From assembly GCA_041587435.1 (NCBI GenBank), contig JBFGYM010000001.1, forward strand, positions 1 through 56,933: a DNA stretch of 56,933 nucleotides. Reading direction: 5' to 3'. Position numbers and translations under genes: made by a program. The notes under the pieces are model-generated. The model saw nothing but the letters and a program-made list of their open reading frames with translations, was not told the origin of the DNA and did no database searches. Source of the DNA: Woeseiaceae bacterium. Lineage in GTDB: Bacteria; Pseudomonadota; Gammaproteobacteria; Steroidobacterales; Woeseiaceae. Every line of letters starts with the position of its first letter. The stretch's first letter is position 1. Shown one piece after another: positions 17,100 through 27,220 of this stretch.

Positions 17100-18986
17100 C
17101 TACCTCCTCGTCGCCTCCAGCAGGCTGTCGAACAGCGTGGCGGCGACTGCGATCACCTGCGCCACGGCCTGGTAGGCCTGCTGGTACTGGATCAGCTTCG
17201 CCGCCTCTTCGTCGAGGTTAACGGCCGAGGTCGCGAGAACTGAATCCTGGACGTTGCGCAGGACGACGCCCTGGGCGTCGAGGTTCGACCGCACCTGGTG
17301 GGTCGTCGAACCGACGTTGGCGACGAGCTGGCCGTAGTTCTCGTTGATGCTGATCGTGCCGCCGTCCAGAATGCCGCGCGACTGGGTATTGCTGAGCAGC
17401 AACGCGTTGCTGTTGTCGCCCGAGGCGCCGTAATTGGCCTCGATCGTAAACTGGTCGCCCAAGGCAGGCGATCCGCTGATTGTCACTTCCGTGCCGTTGA
17501 CGACGATCGGCGCGCCGTCCGTCCAGGCGAAACTCCCGGCCCCGTTGATGCTGTAGGTCGCGGGTCCCGTAAATTCGATCACGGCGCTCGTCAGCAGGGC
17601 CGGATCGGCCGGGTCGGTAACGCGTGCCGGTGTCACGACCGCGTTGCCCGTATTGCCCAGAGAGGCAGATGAGCGCGTCGGTGCCGCAAGCGCCAGCGCC
17701 TGCGGGTCCGAGAGCACGTTTTGCAGGCTGCCGGCGGCATCGGCCGCGGAGCGGATCAGGACGCGATCGCCGGCTGCGGGCGCGCCGCCCGTGACGAAGC
17801 TGATACCGTCAGCGACGAACGGGTCCGCCGGCGTGCCGCTGCCGCTCAGGGCCACGGCGGTGTTCGTATCGGTGCGCGTCAGCGTGTAGCTGCTGCCGTC
17901 GAACTCGAGCACGTAGTCCGCGCCCGTCAGTGCACCGAGATCGCTGATCGCTGCATCGACCGTGCCGCTGCCCGCGTTGTTCGACGAGGACAAGACGGTC
18001 GGCGGTGCGACTGCGAAGAGATCGCCGCCGAGATTGCCGCGCAGGTCCATCCCCGCCGCGTGTTGCTGGTTTAGCGTCTGCGCGAAAGCGAGTGCCGTCT
18101 GACCGAGCGACTGGCGCGCCGGGTCCAGGACCCGGGACTGGAATTCGAGCAGCCCGCCCAGGTTGCCGCCGGTCGATGACGTGTCCAGCGGCGTATTGCC
18201 GGCCGCGCTCTGGTAGACGACGGTCCGGCGCGTCGGATCGAATTCCGAGTTCGTCACGGCCAGGCGACGCGCGTCACCGCCGAGCACGAGCGACTGCCCC
18301 GATCCGATGAACACGCTCATCGTGCCGTCGTCCTGGATCGTCGTGGAGACCGATACCTGCTCCGAAAGCTGCAGCACGAGATTGTCGCGCTCGTCGAGCA
18401 GGTCGTTGGGCTCGTTGCCCGATCCGCTCGCCAGCGAGATCTTGTCGTTGACGGCCGCGATCGACGCGGCCAGCCGGTTGATCTCGTCGACGGCGAGCTC
18501 GATGCGCCCGTTGGCCTCCTTGCCCAGCGCGTCGAACTGCGCGTCCAGCGACCTGAACCGCGCGGCGATGCCCTCCGCTTCACCGAGCAGCGCCTGCCGC
18601 GTCGGGATCGAGGACGGGTCGTTGGCGGCATCCTGGACAGCATTGAAATACGATTGCAGACCGGAATTGAGCCCGGTATCCGGGTCGGCCAGCAGAATGT
18701 CCATGCGGCTCACGAGGCTGTTGAGCGTTTCGAAGCGCGCGAAGCCGGTCGTCGAACCGCGCAGCTGTTCGACCTGCATGGCGTCGTACATGCGCTTGAT
18801 CGACGCAACCTGCACACCGCCGCCGACGTAACCGGCACCGCTGCCGCCGCCGACGCGCGCGGTCAGGTTCACGACCTGCCGGCTGTATCCCGGCGTGTTC
18901 GCGTTGGCAATGTTGTGGCCCGTCACGTCGAGCGCCCGCTGGAACGCCAGCATGCCGGTCAGGCTGGTGTTGAGAATATCAGGCAT
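17100..18986 (-). CDS. flgK: Flagellar hook-filament junction protein FlgK
   Basis: 628 aa. N-terminus MPDILNTSLTGMLAFQRALDVTGHNIANANTPGYSRQ. C-terminus ...EEAAKLIQYQQAYQAVAQVIAVAATLFDSLL. Confidence 0.93.
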   Translation of the reverse strand: MPDILNTSLTGMLAFQRALDVTGHNIANANTPGYSRQVVNLTARVGGGSGAGYVGGGVQVASIKRMYDAMQVEQLRGSTTGFARFETLNSLVSRMDILLADPDTGLNSGLQSYFNAVQDAANDPSSIPTRQALLGEAEGIAARFRSLDAQFDALGKEANGRIELAVDEINRLAASIAAVNDKISLASGSGNEPNDLLDERDNLVLQLSEQVSVSTTIQDDGTMSVFIGSGQSLVLGGDARRLAVTNSEFDPTRRTVVYQSAAGNTPLDTSSTGGNLGGLLEFQSRVLDPARQSLGQTALAFAQTLNQQHAAGMDLRGNLGGDLFAVAPPTVLSSSNNAGSGTVDAAISDLGALTGADYVLEFDGSSYTLTRTDTNTAVALSGSGTPADPFVADGISFVTGGAPAAGDRVLIRSAADAAGSLQNVLSDPQALALAAPTRSSASLGNTGNAVVTPARVTDPADPALLTSAVIEFTGPATYSINGAGSFAWTDGAPIVVNGTEVTISGSPALGDQFTIEANYGASGDNSNALLLSNTQSRGILDGGTISINENYGQLVANVGSTTHQVRSNLDAQGVVLRNVQDSVLATSAVNLDEEAAKLIQYQQAYQAVAQVIAVAATLFDSLLEATRR

Positions 18987-19827
18987 GGTCGTCCCCCGCC
19001 GTCAGGCCCGACAGCACCCTGCGCATCGTCGGGCCGTCGAGTATGTCGTTGATCTTGGCGGCGTAGTCGGGATCGGTCGCGTAGCCGCTGTCCTGCAACG
19101 CCTGCGCGAATCCGGTCGCGTCCTCGCCGCGCCCGCGAACCGCTTCGTAACGCGGACTCTCGCCGATCAGGCGTGCATAGTCCGCAAAAGCCGCGGCAAC
19201 GTCTGCATAAGCGCGAAACCGCTCGCGCTGCGGTTGCATCGTCCCGCCCTCGAATTCGAGGGTGCGGTGCTCGACGTTGTCGCCATGCCAGTTACCGCTT
19301 GCCTTGATGCCGAATACGTTGAAGCTGTTGCCACCACGCCGGTCGTGCATGACGCGGGCGCCCCAGCCAGTCTCGAGGGCCGCCTGCGCCACGATCGCCT
19401 CCGGCGCGACGCCGATGGCCTGCGCGGCCCGCTCGGCATGCGGCCAGATATCCGCGGCGAACGCCTCGGGCGTCGGCCACGCCGGGCGGGACGCGCGGCG
19501 TGCCGGCACGCTGAACTCGCGGCCGGTGTCCCTGATCGACGGTTCGCCGCCGAGCTGGCGCACCAGCATCTCGGCCAGGCCGATACCCTTGCCGCTCGAC
19601 ATTTCCACGCTCAACTGCTGATCCATCATGTCCTGGTACATCTCGTACTGGTCGCTGTTGCCGAGCAACGGTTCGCCCAGCGATGCCTCGCGCATGTTCT
19701 TGAGCATCGTCTGCAGGAACAGCGCCTCGAACTGGCCGGCCACTTCCCGCAGCACGGCCGGATCGTTCCGCACGGCCCCGCTGCGCAGATCGTCAAAGTG
19801 CGAGAAATCGGTTATCGGCGCCGTCAT
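18979..19827 (-). CDS. flgJ: Flagellar rod assembly protein / peptidoglycan hydrolase FlgJ
   Basis: N-terminal rod-binding motif (EVAGQFEALFLQTMLKNMR). C-terminal glucosaminidase-like part (AQAALETGWG...NVFGIK). Confidence 0.88.
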   Translation of the reverse strand: MTAPITDFSHFDDLRSGAVRNDPAVLREVAGQFEALFLQTMLKNMREASLGEPLLGNSDQYEMYQDMMDQQLSVEMSSGKGIGLAEMLVRQLGGEPSIRDTGREFSVPARRASRPAWPTPEAFAADIWPHAERAAQAIGVAPEAIVAQAALETGWGARVMHDRRGGNSFNVFGIKASGNWHGDNVEHRTLEFEGGTMQPQRERFRAYADVAAAFADYARLIGESPRYEAVRGRGEDATGFAQALQDSGYATDPDYAAKINDILDGPTMRRVLSGLTAGDDHA

Positions 19828-19835
19828 CGTCTTCT

Positions 19836-20975
19836 TTAGATCACGACGAGTTCGGCGCGCAGCGCCCCGGCCTGCTTGAGCGCCTCGAGAATCGCAACCA
19901 GGTCGCCCGGCGCCGCGCCGACGCGGTTGACGGCCCTGACGATTTCGTCGAGGCTCGTGCCCGGCTCGAACAGGAACATGCTGGCGTCTTCCTGCCGGAT
20001 GGCGACATCGGAGTCGGACAGCACAACGGTCTCTCCGGCGTCACTGAACGGCGCCCGCGGCTGCGAGACGAACGGCGTTTCGCTGATCGTCACGACCAGG
20101 GAACCGTGGGAAACCGCTGCCGGCGACACGCGCACGTTTGCGCCGATGACGACGGTCCCGGTGCGCGAGTTGACAATGACGCGCGCCCTGACGTCTCCGG
20201 GTTCCACTTCGAGTGACTCGAGCGCCGAGACGAAGGCTGTGCGGTGCCTGACATCGGTCGGCGCGCGTACGGCGACCGATACGGCGTCGATCGACTGGGC
20301 CGTGCCCTCGCCCATCGTGGCGTTGATCTGGTCGGCCAGGCGGTTGGACGTCGTGAAATCCGGCACGTGGAGGTTCAGCACGATAGCCTCCTGCGTCAGG
20401 AAATTGCTCGGCGCAGCGCGCTCGACCGTCGCGCCGTTCGGAATGCGGCCTGCGCTCGGAATATTGACCGTGACGCTCGAACCGTCGGCACTTTCGGCCC
20501 CGAAGCCGCCGACCACGAGGTTGCCCTGCGCGATCGCATAGACGTTGCCGTCCGCACCGCGCAGCGGCGCCATCAGGAGGCTGCCTCCGCGCAGGCTCTT
20601 GGCGTTGCCGATCGAGGCGACCGTGATGTCGATCGTTTGCCCGGGCTTGGCGAACGGCGGCAGCTCCGCGTGTATCGTGACGGCCGCGACGTTCTTCAGC
20701 TGCAGACGCACGCCGGGCGGCACCGTAACGCCGAACTCGGACAGCATGTTGACGATGCCTTGGACCGTGAACGGGGCCTGCGTCGTCTGGTCGCCCGTGC
20801 CGTTCAGGCCGACGACGAGTCCGTAGCCGACGAGCTGGTTGTTGCGCACGCCGGCCACGGTCGCGAGATCCTTGACGCGATCCGCCCACGCCTGCTCGGC
20901 GAGAAACGCGCCGGCCAGCAGCATGACGTAAACCAGGTGTTTGAGAGCGGCCCGGGTGCTCGGTTGATTGTGCAT
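19836..20975 (-). CDS. flgI: Flagellar P-ring protein FlgI
   Basis: Signal peptide followed by [31 protein letters not shown]-terminus ...[18 protein letters not shown]. Confidence 0.95.
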   Translation of the reverse strand: MHNQPSTRAALKHLVYVMLLAGAFLAEQAWADRVKDLATVAGVRNNQLVGYGLVVGLNGTGDQTTQAPFTVQGIVNMLSEFGVTVPPGVRLQLKNVAAVTIHAELPPFAKPGQTIDITVASIGNAKSLRGGSLLMAPLRGADGNVYAIAQGNLVVGGFGAESADGSSVTVNIPSAGRIPNGATVERAAPSNFLTQEAIVLNLHVPDFTTSNRLADQINATMGEGTAQSIDAVSVAVRAPTDVRHRTAFVSALESLEVEPGDVRARVIVNSRTGTVVIGANVRVSPAAVSHGSLVVTISETPFVSQPRAPFSDAGETVVLSDSDVAIRQEDASMFLFEPGTSLDEIVRAVNRVGAAPGDLVAILEALKQAGALRAELVVI

Positions 20976-20988
20976 GACGGTTCCTCGG

Positions 20989-21666
20989 CTAGTACGGATG
21001 CAGCACGGAATTGAAGAAGCGCGAGATCAGCCCCATCTTGTTCGCTGCGGCTAGAACGCCCTTGCTGCTGTAGGTGATCTGCGCGCTCGCGATGCGGTTC
21101 GACTGCAACGAATTGTCGGGCTCGATATCATCGGGCCGGATGATGCCGGTCAGGCGAATGAACTCCTGACCCTGGTTGAGCGTGACCCATTTGTCGCCGG
21201 CAATAACGAGGTTGCCGTTCGGCAGGCGTTCGATGACGGTCACCGTGATGTCGCCGTCGAGGCTGTTGCTCTGGCTGCTGGAGCCGCGGCCGTCGAAGTT
21301 GCTGTCGCCGCTGAGCTCGCCCTCGAACAGGGAAACGCCGTTGTGGGTGATCCCCCGGCCGAACACGGTCGGATTCAGGAGCGTCGCCTCGGTCGACTTG
21401 CCGGTCGATGTCTGCGAGTTCTTGGACGCGTTGGTCTTCTCGGCCAGCACGACCGTCAGGATGTCGCCGACGCGGCTTGCCTTGCGATCCTCGAACAGGC
21501 GGATCTCCGTCCCTTCGTTGTAGATCGCGCCGGGCTCGGGCGGTTTGCGCGCGGCAGTGTCAACGGTCGGCGGATACCAGCGAGGCTCGGGACCGCGCTG
21601 GCTGGCGCAACCGACGAGAGACGCCAGTCCGAGGAGCGACACGATGAAGAAAATGGGTTTGCTCAT
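20989..21666 (-). CDS. flgH: Flagellar L-ring lipoprotein FlgH
   Basis: Lipobox LASLVGC. Conserved FlgH core ([15 protein letters not shown]...[16 protein letters not shown]). Confidence 0.94.
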   Translation of the reverse strand: MSKPIFFIVSLLGLASLVGCASQRGPEPRWYPPTVDTAARKPPEPGAIYNEGTEIRLFEDRKASRVGDILTVVLAEKTNASKNSQTSTGKSTEATLLNPTVFGRGITHNGVSLFEGELSGDSNFDGRGSSSQSNSLDGDITVTVIERLPNGNLVIAGDKWVTLNQGQEFIRLTGIIRPDDIEPDNSLQSNRIASAQITYSSKGVLAAANKMGLISRFFNSVLHPY

Positions 21667-21676
21667 GCCGGCTTCC

Positions 21677-22462
21677 TTACAGGTTGTTGTTGAGGTATTG
21701 CATCATCTGGTCGCTGGTCGATATCGCCTTGGAGTTCATTTCGTAGGCGCGTTGCGTCTCGATCATGCTGACCAACTCCGATACGACGTTCACGTTCGAT
21801 CCCTCCAGCGCGCCCTGGGCGATCGAGCCGAGCCCGTTCAGCCCCGGAGTCCCGGGTTGCGGTGAGCCGCTCGAGGCCGTTTCGATGTACAGGTTTTCGC
21901 CGACGGCCTGCAGGCCGACCGGATTGATGAAGTCGGCAATCTCGAGCGTACCGACCTGCGTCGGCGTGGCCTGGCCGGCGAGCTTCACGGAGATGACGCC
22001 GTCCGTCCCGATCGTGATGCTCTGTGCCGCATCCGGAATGGCGATGCCGGGCTGCACGAGATAACCGCTCGAGGTCACGAGTTCCCCCTGTGAATTGATC
22101 TGGAAGGTGCCGTCGCGCGTGTACGCGAGCTCACCGTCCGGTTTCAGCACCTGGAAGAAGCCGCGACCGTTGATCGCGACGTCCAGCGCGTTGCCGGTCT
22201 GCAGGACGCTGCCCTGGGTGAAAAGCTTTTCGGTCGCAACGACACGCACGCCCGTACCCAGCGTCATGCCGGACGGCAACAGCGTATCCTGCGAACTCTG
22301 GCCGCCGGACTGGCGGACGTTCTGGTACAGCAGGTCCTCGAACACCGCGCGTCCCTGCTTGAATCCCGTCGTGTTGACGTTGGCCAGGTTATTGGACACG
22401 ACGGCCATGCGCGTCTGCTGCGCGTCGAGCCCGGTCTTTGCCACCCACAGTGCCTGGTTCAT
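21677..22462 (-). CDS. flgG: Flagellar distal rod protein FlgG
   Basis: 261 aa. N-terminus ...[16 protein letters not shown]-terminus ...[26 protein letters not shown]. Confidence 0.95.
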   Translation of the reverse strand: MNQALWVAKTGLDAQQTRMAVVSNNLANVNTTGFKQGRAVFEDLLYQNVRQSGGQSSQDTLLPSGMTLGTGVRVVATEKLFTQGSVLQTGNALDVAINGRGFFQVLKPDGELAYTRDGTFQINSQGELVTSSGYLVQPGIAIPDAAQSITIGTDGVISVKLAGQATPTQVGTLEIADFINPVGLQAVGENLYIETASSGSPQPGTPGLNGLGSIAQGALEGSNVNVVSELVSMIETQRAYEMNSKAISTSDQMMQYLNNNL

Positions 22463-22483
22463 TGACTTCTCCTACTCACGCGC

Positions 22484-23224
22484 CTAACCGAGGCGCATTA
22501 AACTGGCGGCGGCCTCGGCGTTTTCTTCCGATGCCTTGATTACGTTGACCTGCATTTCATACTGGCGCGCGAGCTCGATCATATTGACGAGTGTTCGCGC
22601 GACGTTGACGTTGCTCTGTTCGAGCGACCCGGATACCAGCGACACGCTGGCATCCGGCGGCGCCGCGCCTTCGCGCTTCAGGTGCAGCAGGCCGTCCTCG
22701 CCCTTGTAGAGCGCACCGGGATCCGGATTGACGAGCTTGATGCGATCGACGGGCGCAATCGTCTCCGGTCCCTGGCCCAGCGGCTGGATCGAGATCGTGC
22801 CGTCGGTGCCGATCAGCAGGCTCGCGTTCGGCGGAATCGCCACCGGACCTCCATCACCGAGGACCAGGTGTCCGGCGCCCGTCGACAGCAGTCCGCCGGA
22901 CTCGACGCGCAGGTCGCCCGCACGCGTGTACGCCTCGCTGCCGTCCGGTGCCTGCACGGCAATGAACCCCGCGCCGCGCACGGCGACGTCGAGGTCGCGG
23001 CCCGTGTTCTGCAGCGCGCCCTGCGTCATGTCCGTGCCCGAGGAGTCGACGACGGCGTTGATACGCGTGTCCACGCCGGGCCCGTCGATCGGCACCGAGC
23101 TGAACGCATGCAGGTCGGCCCGAAACCCGGTCGTGGACACGTTTGCGAGGTTGTTGGCATTGATGGCCTGCGCGTATTCCGTCTGTCGCGCGCCGGTCAT
23201 CGCCAGGTAGACCATCTCATCCAT
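22484..23224 (-). CDS. flgF: Flagellar proximal rod protein FlgF
   Basis: 246 aa with rod-protein N- and C-terminal repeats (NANNLANVSTTGFR ... MIELARQYEMQVNVI). Confidence 0.92.
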   Translation of the reverse strand: MDEMVYLAMTGARQTEYAQAINANNLANVSTTGFRADLHAFSSVPIDGPGVDTRINAVVDSSGTDMTQGALQNTGRDLDVAVRGAGFIAVQAPDGSEAYTRAGDLRVESGGLLSTGAGHLVLGDGGPVAIPPNASLLIGTDGTISIQPLGQGPETIAPVDRIKLVNPDPGALYKGEDGLLHLKREGAAPPDASVSLVSGSLEQSNVNVARTLVNMIELARQYEMQVNVIKASEENAEAAASLMRLG

Positions 23225-23248
23225 CGTCGCTGTTCCTCAGTCGAGCCG

Positions 23249-24466
23249 CTAGCGGATGTTGATGACGGTCTGCGTAATCGCGTCCGCCGTCTCGATCATC
23301 TGCGCATTCGCCTGGAAGTTGCGCTGCGCCGTGATCATCTGCACGAGCTGCGCGGTCAGGTCGACGTTCGAGGCTTCGAGCGCGCCCGACTGGATGTTGC
23401 CGAACGAGGCCGTGCCGGCTTCGCCGAGCAGCGCATCACCCGACTGGAACGACTCGCCCCACGTCGTGTCGCCGAGCTGCTGCAGGCCCTGCGGGTTGAC
23501 GAAGTTGGCGAGCGCCAGCTTGCCGAGCGACGTCGACTGGCCGTTCGTGAAGCGCGCGAACACGACGCCTTCCGCGTCCACGCTGACACCGGTCAGGCGC
23601 CCCGTCGTGAAGCCGTCCTGGGACAGCGAGTTCACGCCGAAGTTGCCGCCGAACTGCGTGGCCGACCCGAAGTCGAGCGACAGCGTGATGTCGGCCGCGC
23701 CCGTGCCCGGGGTATACGCGGGCAGCGGCAGCAGTCCGCCGGCCGGGGACTGCAGCGCACCGCTCTGGTCGAAGACGATCGGGGTCACGCCGCCCACGTC
23801 GGTGCCGTTGATCTGCACCTGCGTGTTCCAGGTGTTGGGCGCAGGATCCTTGATGAAATACACGGTTGCCGTGTGCGCGGCGCCGAGCGAGTCGTACACC
23901 GTCACCGAGGTCGTGTGGTTGAAGCTCGACGGATCAGTAGGATCGAACGTCGGATTCGCCGGCGGCGGTGCGTCGGCCGGCAGGTTGATGCCGAACGAGG
24001 CACGTGTCGACGCAGCCGGCGGGTTCGCACCGATCGTGAGCTGCAGGTCCTGCGGCGTGCCCGTGTTGAACAGGCCGTTACCGGCGTACGGGTAGGCCTG
24101 CAGGCGGGCGCCCTGTGCATTGATGACGTAGCCCTGGTTGTCGACGCCGAATGCGCCGGCGCGGGTGTAACTGCGTGCGCCGTTTTCGCTGATGACGAAA
24201 AAGCCCTCGCCGCCGATGGCGAGATCGAGCGCGTTGTCCGTGAAATCGATGTTTCCCTGGGTAAACTGCTGCGCGATGGCGGACAGGCGTACGCCACTGC
24301 CCGAGGCGCTCGAGCTGACGCTCTGGGTACCCACGGCAAACACTTCCGCGAATTGCGCGCGGGACATCTTGAAGCCGGTCGTGTTGACGTTCGCGACGTT
24401 GTTCGCGGTCACGCCGAGATCGGCCGAAGCGGCATTCAATCCGCTGAGTGCGACTGCAAATGGCAT
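23249..24466 (-). CDS. flgE: Flagellar hook protein FlgE
   Basis: Starts [33 protein letters not shown] at ATG 24466 (AGGAG Shine-Dalgarno). C-terminus ...MITAQRNFQANAQMIETADAITQTVINIR. The 56-codon Arg-rich N-terminal extension in the ORF track (to 24634) is rejected. Confidence 0.93.
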   Translation of the reverse strand: MPFAVALSGLNAASADLGVTANNVANVNTTGFKMSRAQFAEVFAVGTQSVSSSASGSGVRLSAIAQQFTQGNIDFTDNALDLAIGGEGFFVISENGARSYTRAGAFGVDNQGYVINAQGARLQAYPYAGNGLFNTGTPQDLQLTIGANPPAASTRASFGINLPADAPPPANPTFDPTDPSSFNHTTSVTVYDSLGAAHTATVYFIKDPAPNTWNTQVQINGTDVGGVTPIVFDQSGALQSPAGGLLPLPAYTPGTGAADITLSLDFGSATQFGGNFGVNSLSQDGFTTGRLTGVSVDAEGVVFARFTNGQSTSLGKLALANFVNPQGLQQLGDTTWGESFQSGDALLGEAGTASFGNIQSGALEASNVDLTAQLVQMITAQRNFQANAQMIETADAITQTVINIR

Positions 24467-24491
24467 GTTTCTACTCCTGGTCCTTGGTTCG

Positions 24492-25160
24492 TTATCCGAT
24501 GATCTGGTAGACCCGGCCGAGCGGCATCGACTGCCCGCCCTCCAGGTTGAGCGACAGGCTGCCGCCGAACTGGCCCAGCGTGACGCTCTGAATTCTCGAT
24601 TCGATGACGGTCGGCGCGCTCTCCACGTCGGCACCGCGTATTACCCGTGCCGCAATCCGGTACTGCCCGTCCGGGGCTCGATCGCCGTCACTCGCCGTCC
24701 CGTTCCACGTGAAATTCACGAGCCCGGGCGGCTGTTGCCCGAGCTGGATGCGCTGCACGAGGGCGCCGGAGGCATCGATGATGTCCACTTCCACGTTCGA
24801 CGCGCTGCTGGTCAGTTCGAGGGCGCCGCTGACGGAACCGCTGTCACCCAGGTACGCCGTGTCGCTGACCGCGAGGATGCGGTGACCGACGAGACCGGCC
24901 GCCTGCAGCGCCTGGTTGTCCTGCATGGACCCGGCAAGCCCGCCGAACGACGTGTTCAGGGACTCGATGCCGCTGACCGTGCTGAACTGCGCCAGCTGCC
25001 CGAGAAACTCCCCGTTGTCCATCGGTGCGAACGGGTCCTGGTTCTTGAACTGCGTGATCATAAGCGTCAGGAAGTCTTCCTGACCGAGCCGGTCGCGGCG
25101 CGCCTGGGTCGGCGGCGGGGCGAATCCGGAAAAGTCTTCAATGGGTCCGAGTGTGTTCAT
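24492..25160 (-). CDS. flgD: Flagellar hook capping/assembly protein FlgD
   Basis: 222 aa. N-terminal FlgD motif (QEDFLTLMITQFKNQDPFAPMDN). Ig-like C-terminal part. Confidence 0.9.
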   Translation of the reverse strand: MNTLGPIEDFSGFAPPPTQARRDRLGQEDFLTLMITQFKNQDPFAPMDNGEFLGQLAQFSTVSGIESLNTSFGGLAGSMQDNQALQAAGLVGHRILAVSDTAYLGDSGSVSGALELTSSASNVEVDIIDASGALVQRIQLGQQPPGLVNFTWNGTASDGDRAPDGQYRIAARVIRGADVESAPTVIESRIQSVTLGQFGGSLSLNLEGGQSMPLGRVYQIIG

Positions 25161-25179
25161 GGCGTCTCATCCGCGCTCG

Positions 25180-25596
25180 TTAGCGGCCCAGCTGCAGGGT
25201 CTGCAGCAACAGGTCCTTGGTCGTGTTGATCATCTCGATGTTGTTCTTGTAGGAGCGCGACGCCGAAATCATGTTGACCATCTCCTCAACGGCATTGACG
25301 TTGGTCGCGTATACGTTGCCGTCGGCGTCTGCCTCGGGATGATCCGGCTGGTATCGGACCAGGATCGGCGCCTGGCTCTCGACGACGCCGTCGACCCGCA
25401 CCCCGGCCACCGCGCCCTCGCCGAGCAGCGTGTCGCTGAAGCTCGAAAAAACCGGGTGCCTGGCGCGGTACACCTTGTCCGGGTCGCCGCTGACCTGGCC
25501 CGCGTTGGCGAGGTTGCTGGCCGTCACGTTCATGCGCACCGACTGCGCGTTCATCGCGCTGCCGGCGGTGTCGAAGACATCAAACAGGGACATCAC
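25180..25596 (-). CDS. flgC: Flagellar proximal rod protein FlgC
   Basis: 138 aa. MSLFDVFDTAGSAMNAQSVRMNVTASNLANA... and ...EEMVNMISASRSYKNNIEMINT. Confidence 0.94.
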   Translation of the reverse strand: MMSLFDVFDTAGSAMNAQSVRMNVTASNLANAGQVSGDPDKVYRARHPVFSSFSDTLLGEGAVAGVRVDGVVESQAPILVRYQPDHPEADADGNVYATNVNAVEEMVNMISASRSYKNNIEMINTTKDLLLQTLQLGR

Positions 25597-25982
25597 TCAC
25601 CTCCCTTGATGGCGTACTTGAGCGTGCGGATATGCCCGTCCAGGAAGGCCAGTGCCGCGCGATACTGGAGCGCGTTTTCGGCAAACTCGGCCTGCTCGAC
25701 GTCGGTCTCGACCGTGTTGCCGTCGAGCGTGTACTGGTGCGGCACGCGGAACAGGGCCTCCTGCCCGCCGGGACCCGTATGCCAGGCCCTGCGATGCAGG
25801 TCGCTGGTCGTCGCGAGATCCAGCGATTCGCCGCGTGCCGCTTTGAGCGCACCGGCGAAGTCGATGTCGCGCGCCTTGTAATTGGGCGTATCCGCGTTCG
25901 CGATGTTCGATGCGAGCAACTCGTTGCGCTGGGCGCGCAACCTGAGGGCGTGTTCGAACTGTCCTAATGCCGGAATTTCCAT
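25593..25982 (-). CDS. flgB: Flagellar proximal rod protein FlgB
   Basis: Starts at ATG 25982 (MEIPALGQFEHALRLRAQRNELLASNIANADTPNYKARD). The upstream 91 codons of the ORF-track entry (to 26255) are non-FlgB sequence and contain the promoter. Confidence 0.9.
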   Translation of the reverse strand: MEIPALGQFEHALRLRAQRNELLASNIANADTPNYKARDIDFAGALKAARGESLDLATTSDLHRRAWHTGPGGQEALFRVPHQYTLDGNTVETDVEQAEFAENALQYRAALAFLDGHIRTLKYAIKGGE

Positions 25983-26029
25983 GTTGCCAACCTTGTCCGT
26001 CTCACAACTGACTGTCCTGCAGACCTCTA

Positions 26030-26045
26030 TGCAACTGGCGTGCCA
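26030..26045 (-). promoter_or_regulatory. RpoN (sigma54) promoter of the flgB operon
   Basis: Minus-strand TGGCAC-GCCAG-TTGCA, perfect consensus, about 50 nt upstream of the flgB ATG. Confidence 0.75.
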
Positions 26046-26078
26046 ACCTGGCCCGGGACCTGTCCGGTACGGCATGAC

Positions 26079-26105
26079 TAAAGCAATGCGGATGCCGGCC
26101 GATAC
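26079..26105 (+). promoter_or_regulatory. Sigma28-type promoter facing flgA
   Basis: Plus strand TAAA-N15-GCCGATAC. It lies 34 nt from the divergent flgB sigma54 promoter and about 250 nt upstream of flgA. Confidence 0.6.
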
Positions 26106-26353
26106 CACGCAGTTCGGCCCCTGGTCGGCGCGACGCGGCAATTCCTTGCCGGTCCGCGGCAGCCGCGTGCCGATCCACTGCAGCATGCCGCGCGCCCCGG
26201 TTGCCCGGCGTTGGAGGCCCGTGCCGTCCGCACGCGGCTGGCACAGTTTGTGCATTATGGTTTAGCGGAAGCGCAGCGCTTGCGCGGCGCAGGAATGCCG
26301 GCCATGGCCGGCCGCGCCGCCGCCGGCGGCGCCAGCCTTGGGAATGACGCCCG

Positions 26354-27208
26354 ATGGACGGAGAACACATGCCAGCAGGAAACCGGCAAAACGCCGGGAA
26401 ATTGACGGCCGCAACGGCCGGGCGCCATCAATCCGGCGGCCTGGCGCGGCTGCTGCCGGTGCTCGCGCTGGTGCCCTGCGCGGCGGCCACCGCGATCGAC
26501 TGGCATCCGACCGACGACATTGCCCGCACGGCCGAAGCTTTCCTGGCCCGCCACATGAACAGCGGTCCGGACACGACGGTGGCCGCCTCGACCCTCGACA
26601 CACGGCACCGCCTCGCACGCTGCGACCGCCCGCTGCAGGGATTTCTGCGCGACGGCGTGGAAGTCGCAAGGCGAACCATCGTCGGCGTGCGCTGCGCGGG
26701 CAGCCGTCCGTGGAAAGTCTACGTTCCGGTCGAGGTGGCGGTCTCGGCCACGGTGCTGGTGGCAAGCCGGCCGCTGCCGCGCGGCCACGTGCTGACGGCG
26801 GCCGACGTGCGCGAGGAGCGGCGCGATGTGTCGCGATTGCGCCGCGGCTACCTGTCGGATCTCTCGCAACTCGCCGGGCAGCGCCTCAAGGTGCCGCTGC
26901 TGGCCGGCAAGGTTCTGACGCCCGGCCTGCTCGAATTCGATCGCGTCATTCGTCGGGGCCAGTCGGTGACGGTGATCGCGAACAGCGGCGGTATCGCCGT
27001 CAGCATGGCCGGAACCGCCCTCACCGACGGCGGCCTGAACCAGCGAATCCGCGTCGAGAACGCCAATTCGGGGCGCATTATCGAGGGTATAGTCCGCTCC
27101 AGGGAGCACATCGAAGTGCTGGTACCGGATGGGGCCGGTTTATTTCGCGCTAAATCTAAAGTATCGCCAGCGGTGGCCGATACGGGGATTAGCAACAATG
27201 ATCGTTGA
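26354..27208 (+). CDS. flgA: Flagellar P-ring assembly chaperone FlgA
   Basis: Signal-peptide-like N-terminus. FlgA/SAF-type core (RPLPRGHVLTAADV...GQRLKVPLLAGKVLTPGLL...RGQSVTVIANSGGIAVSMAG...RIRVEN). Divergent from flgB. The start may be ATG 26369. Confidence 0.85.
   Translation: MDGEHMPAGNRQNAGKLTAATAGRHQSGGLARLLPVLALVPCAAATAIDWHPTDDIARTAEAFLARHMNSGPDTTVAASTLDTRHRLARCDRPLQGFLRDGVEVARRTIVGVRCAGSRPWKVYVPVEVAVSATVLVASRPLPRGHVLTAADVREERRDVSRLRRGYLSDLSQLAGQRLKVPLLAGKVLTPGLLEFDRVIRRGQSVTVIANSGGIAVSMAGTALTDGGLNQRIRVENANSGRIIEGIVRSREHIEVLVPDGAGLFRAKSKVSPAVADTGISNNDR
27157..27183 (+). promoter_or_regulatory. Sigma28-type promoter of flgM-flgN, inside the 3' end of flgA
   Basis: TAAA-N15-GCCGATAC, 38 nt upstream of the flgM ATG. 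An internal-to-flgA position is classic for flgM class III promoters. Confidence 0.7.
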
Positions 27209-27220
27209 GGTTTATACGTT

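Noticed and set aside
22682-24502. 606-aa + strand ORF over flgF/flgE, and 23256..24095 +
   Set aside because: These are antisense shadows of rod and hook genes whose N- and C-terminal flagellar signatures are unambiguous.
24467-24634. N-terminal extensions of the ORF-track entries for flgE, and likewise flgB to 26255, fliI to 4602 and dsrE3 to 51206
   Set aside because: The extensions are Arg-rich and overlap upstream genes or promoters. Conserved protein N-termini begin at internal ATGs that have Shine-Dalgarno sequences or ATGA overlaps.
26255-27153. Overlapping ORFs 26255..27109 (-), 26262..26765 (-), 26338..27153 (+) around flgA
   Set aside because: They are off-frame or antisense to the flgA frame (26354..27208), which alone shows the FlgA/SAF-type sequence. 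Their compositions are Arg/Pro/Gly-dominated.
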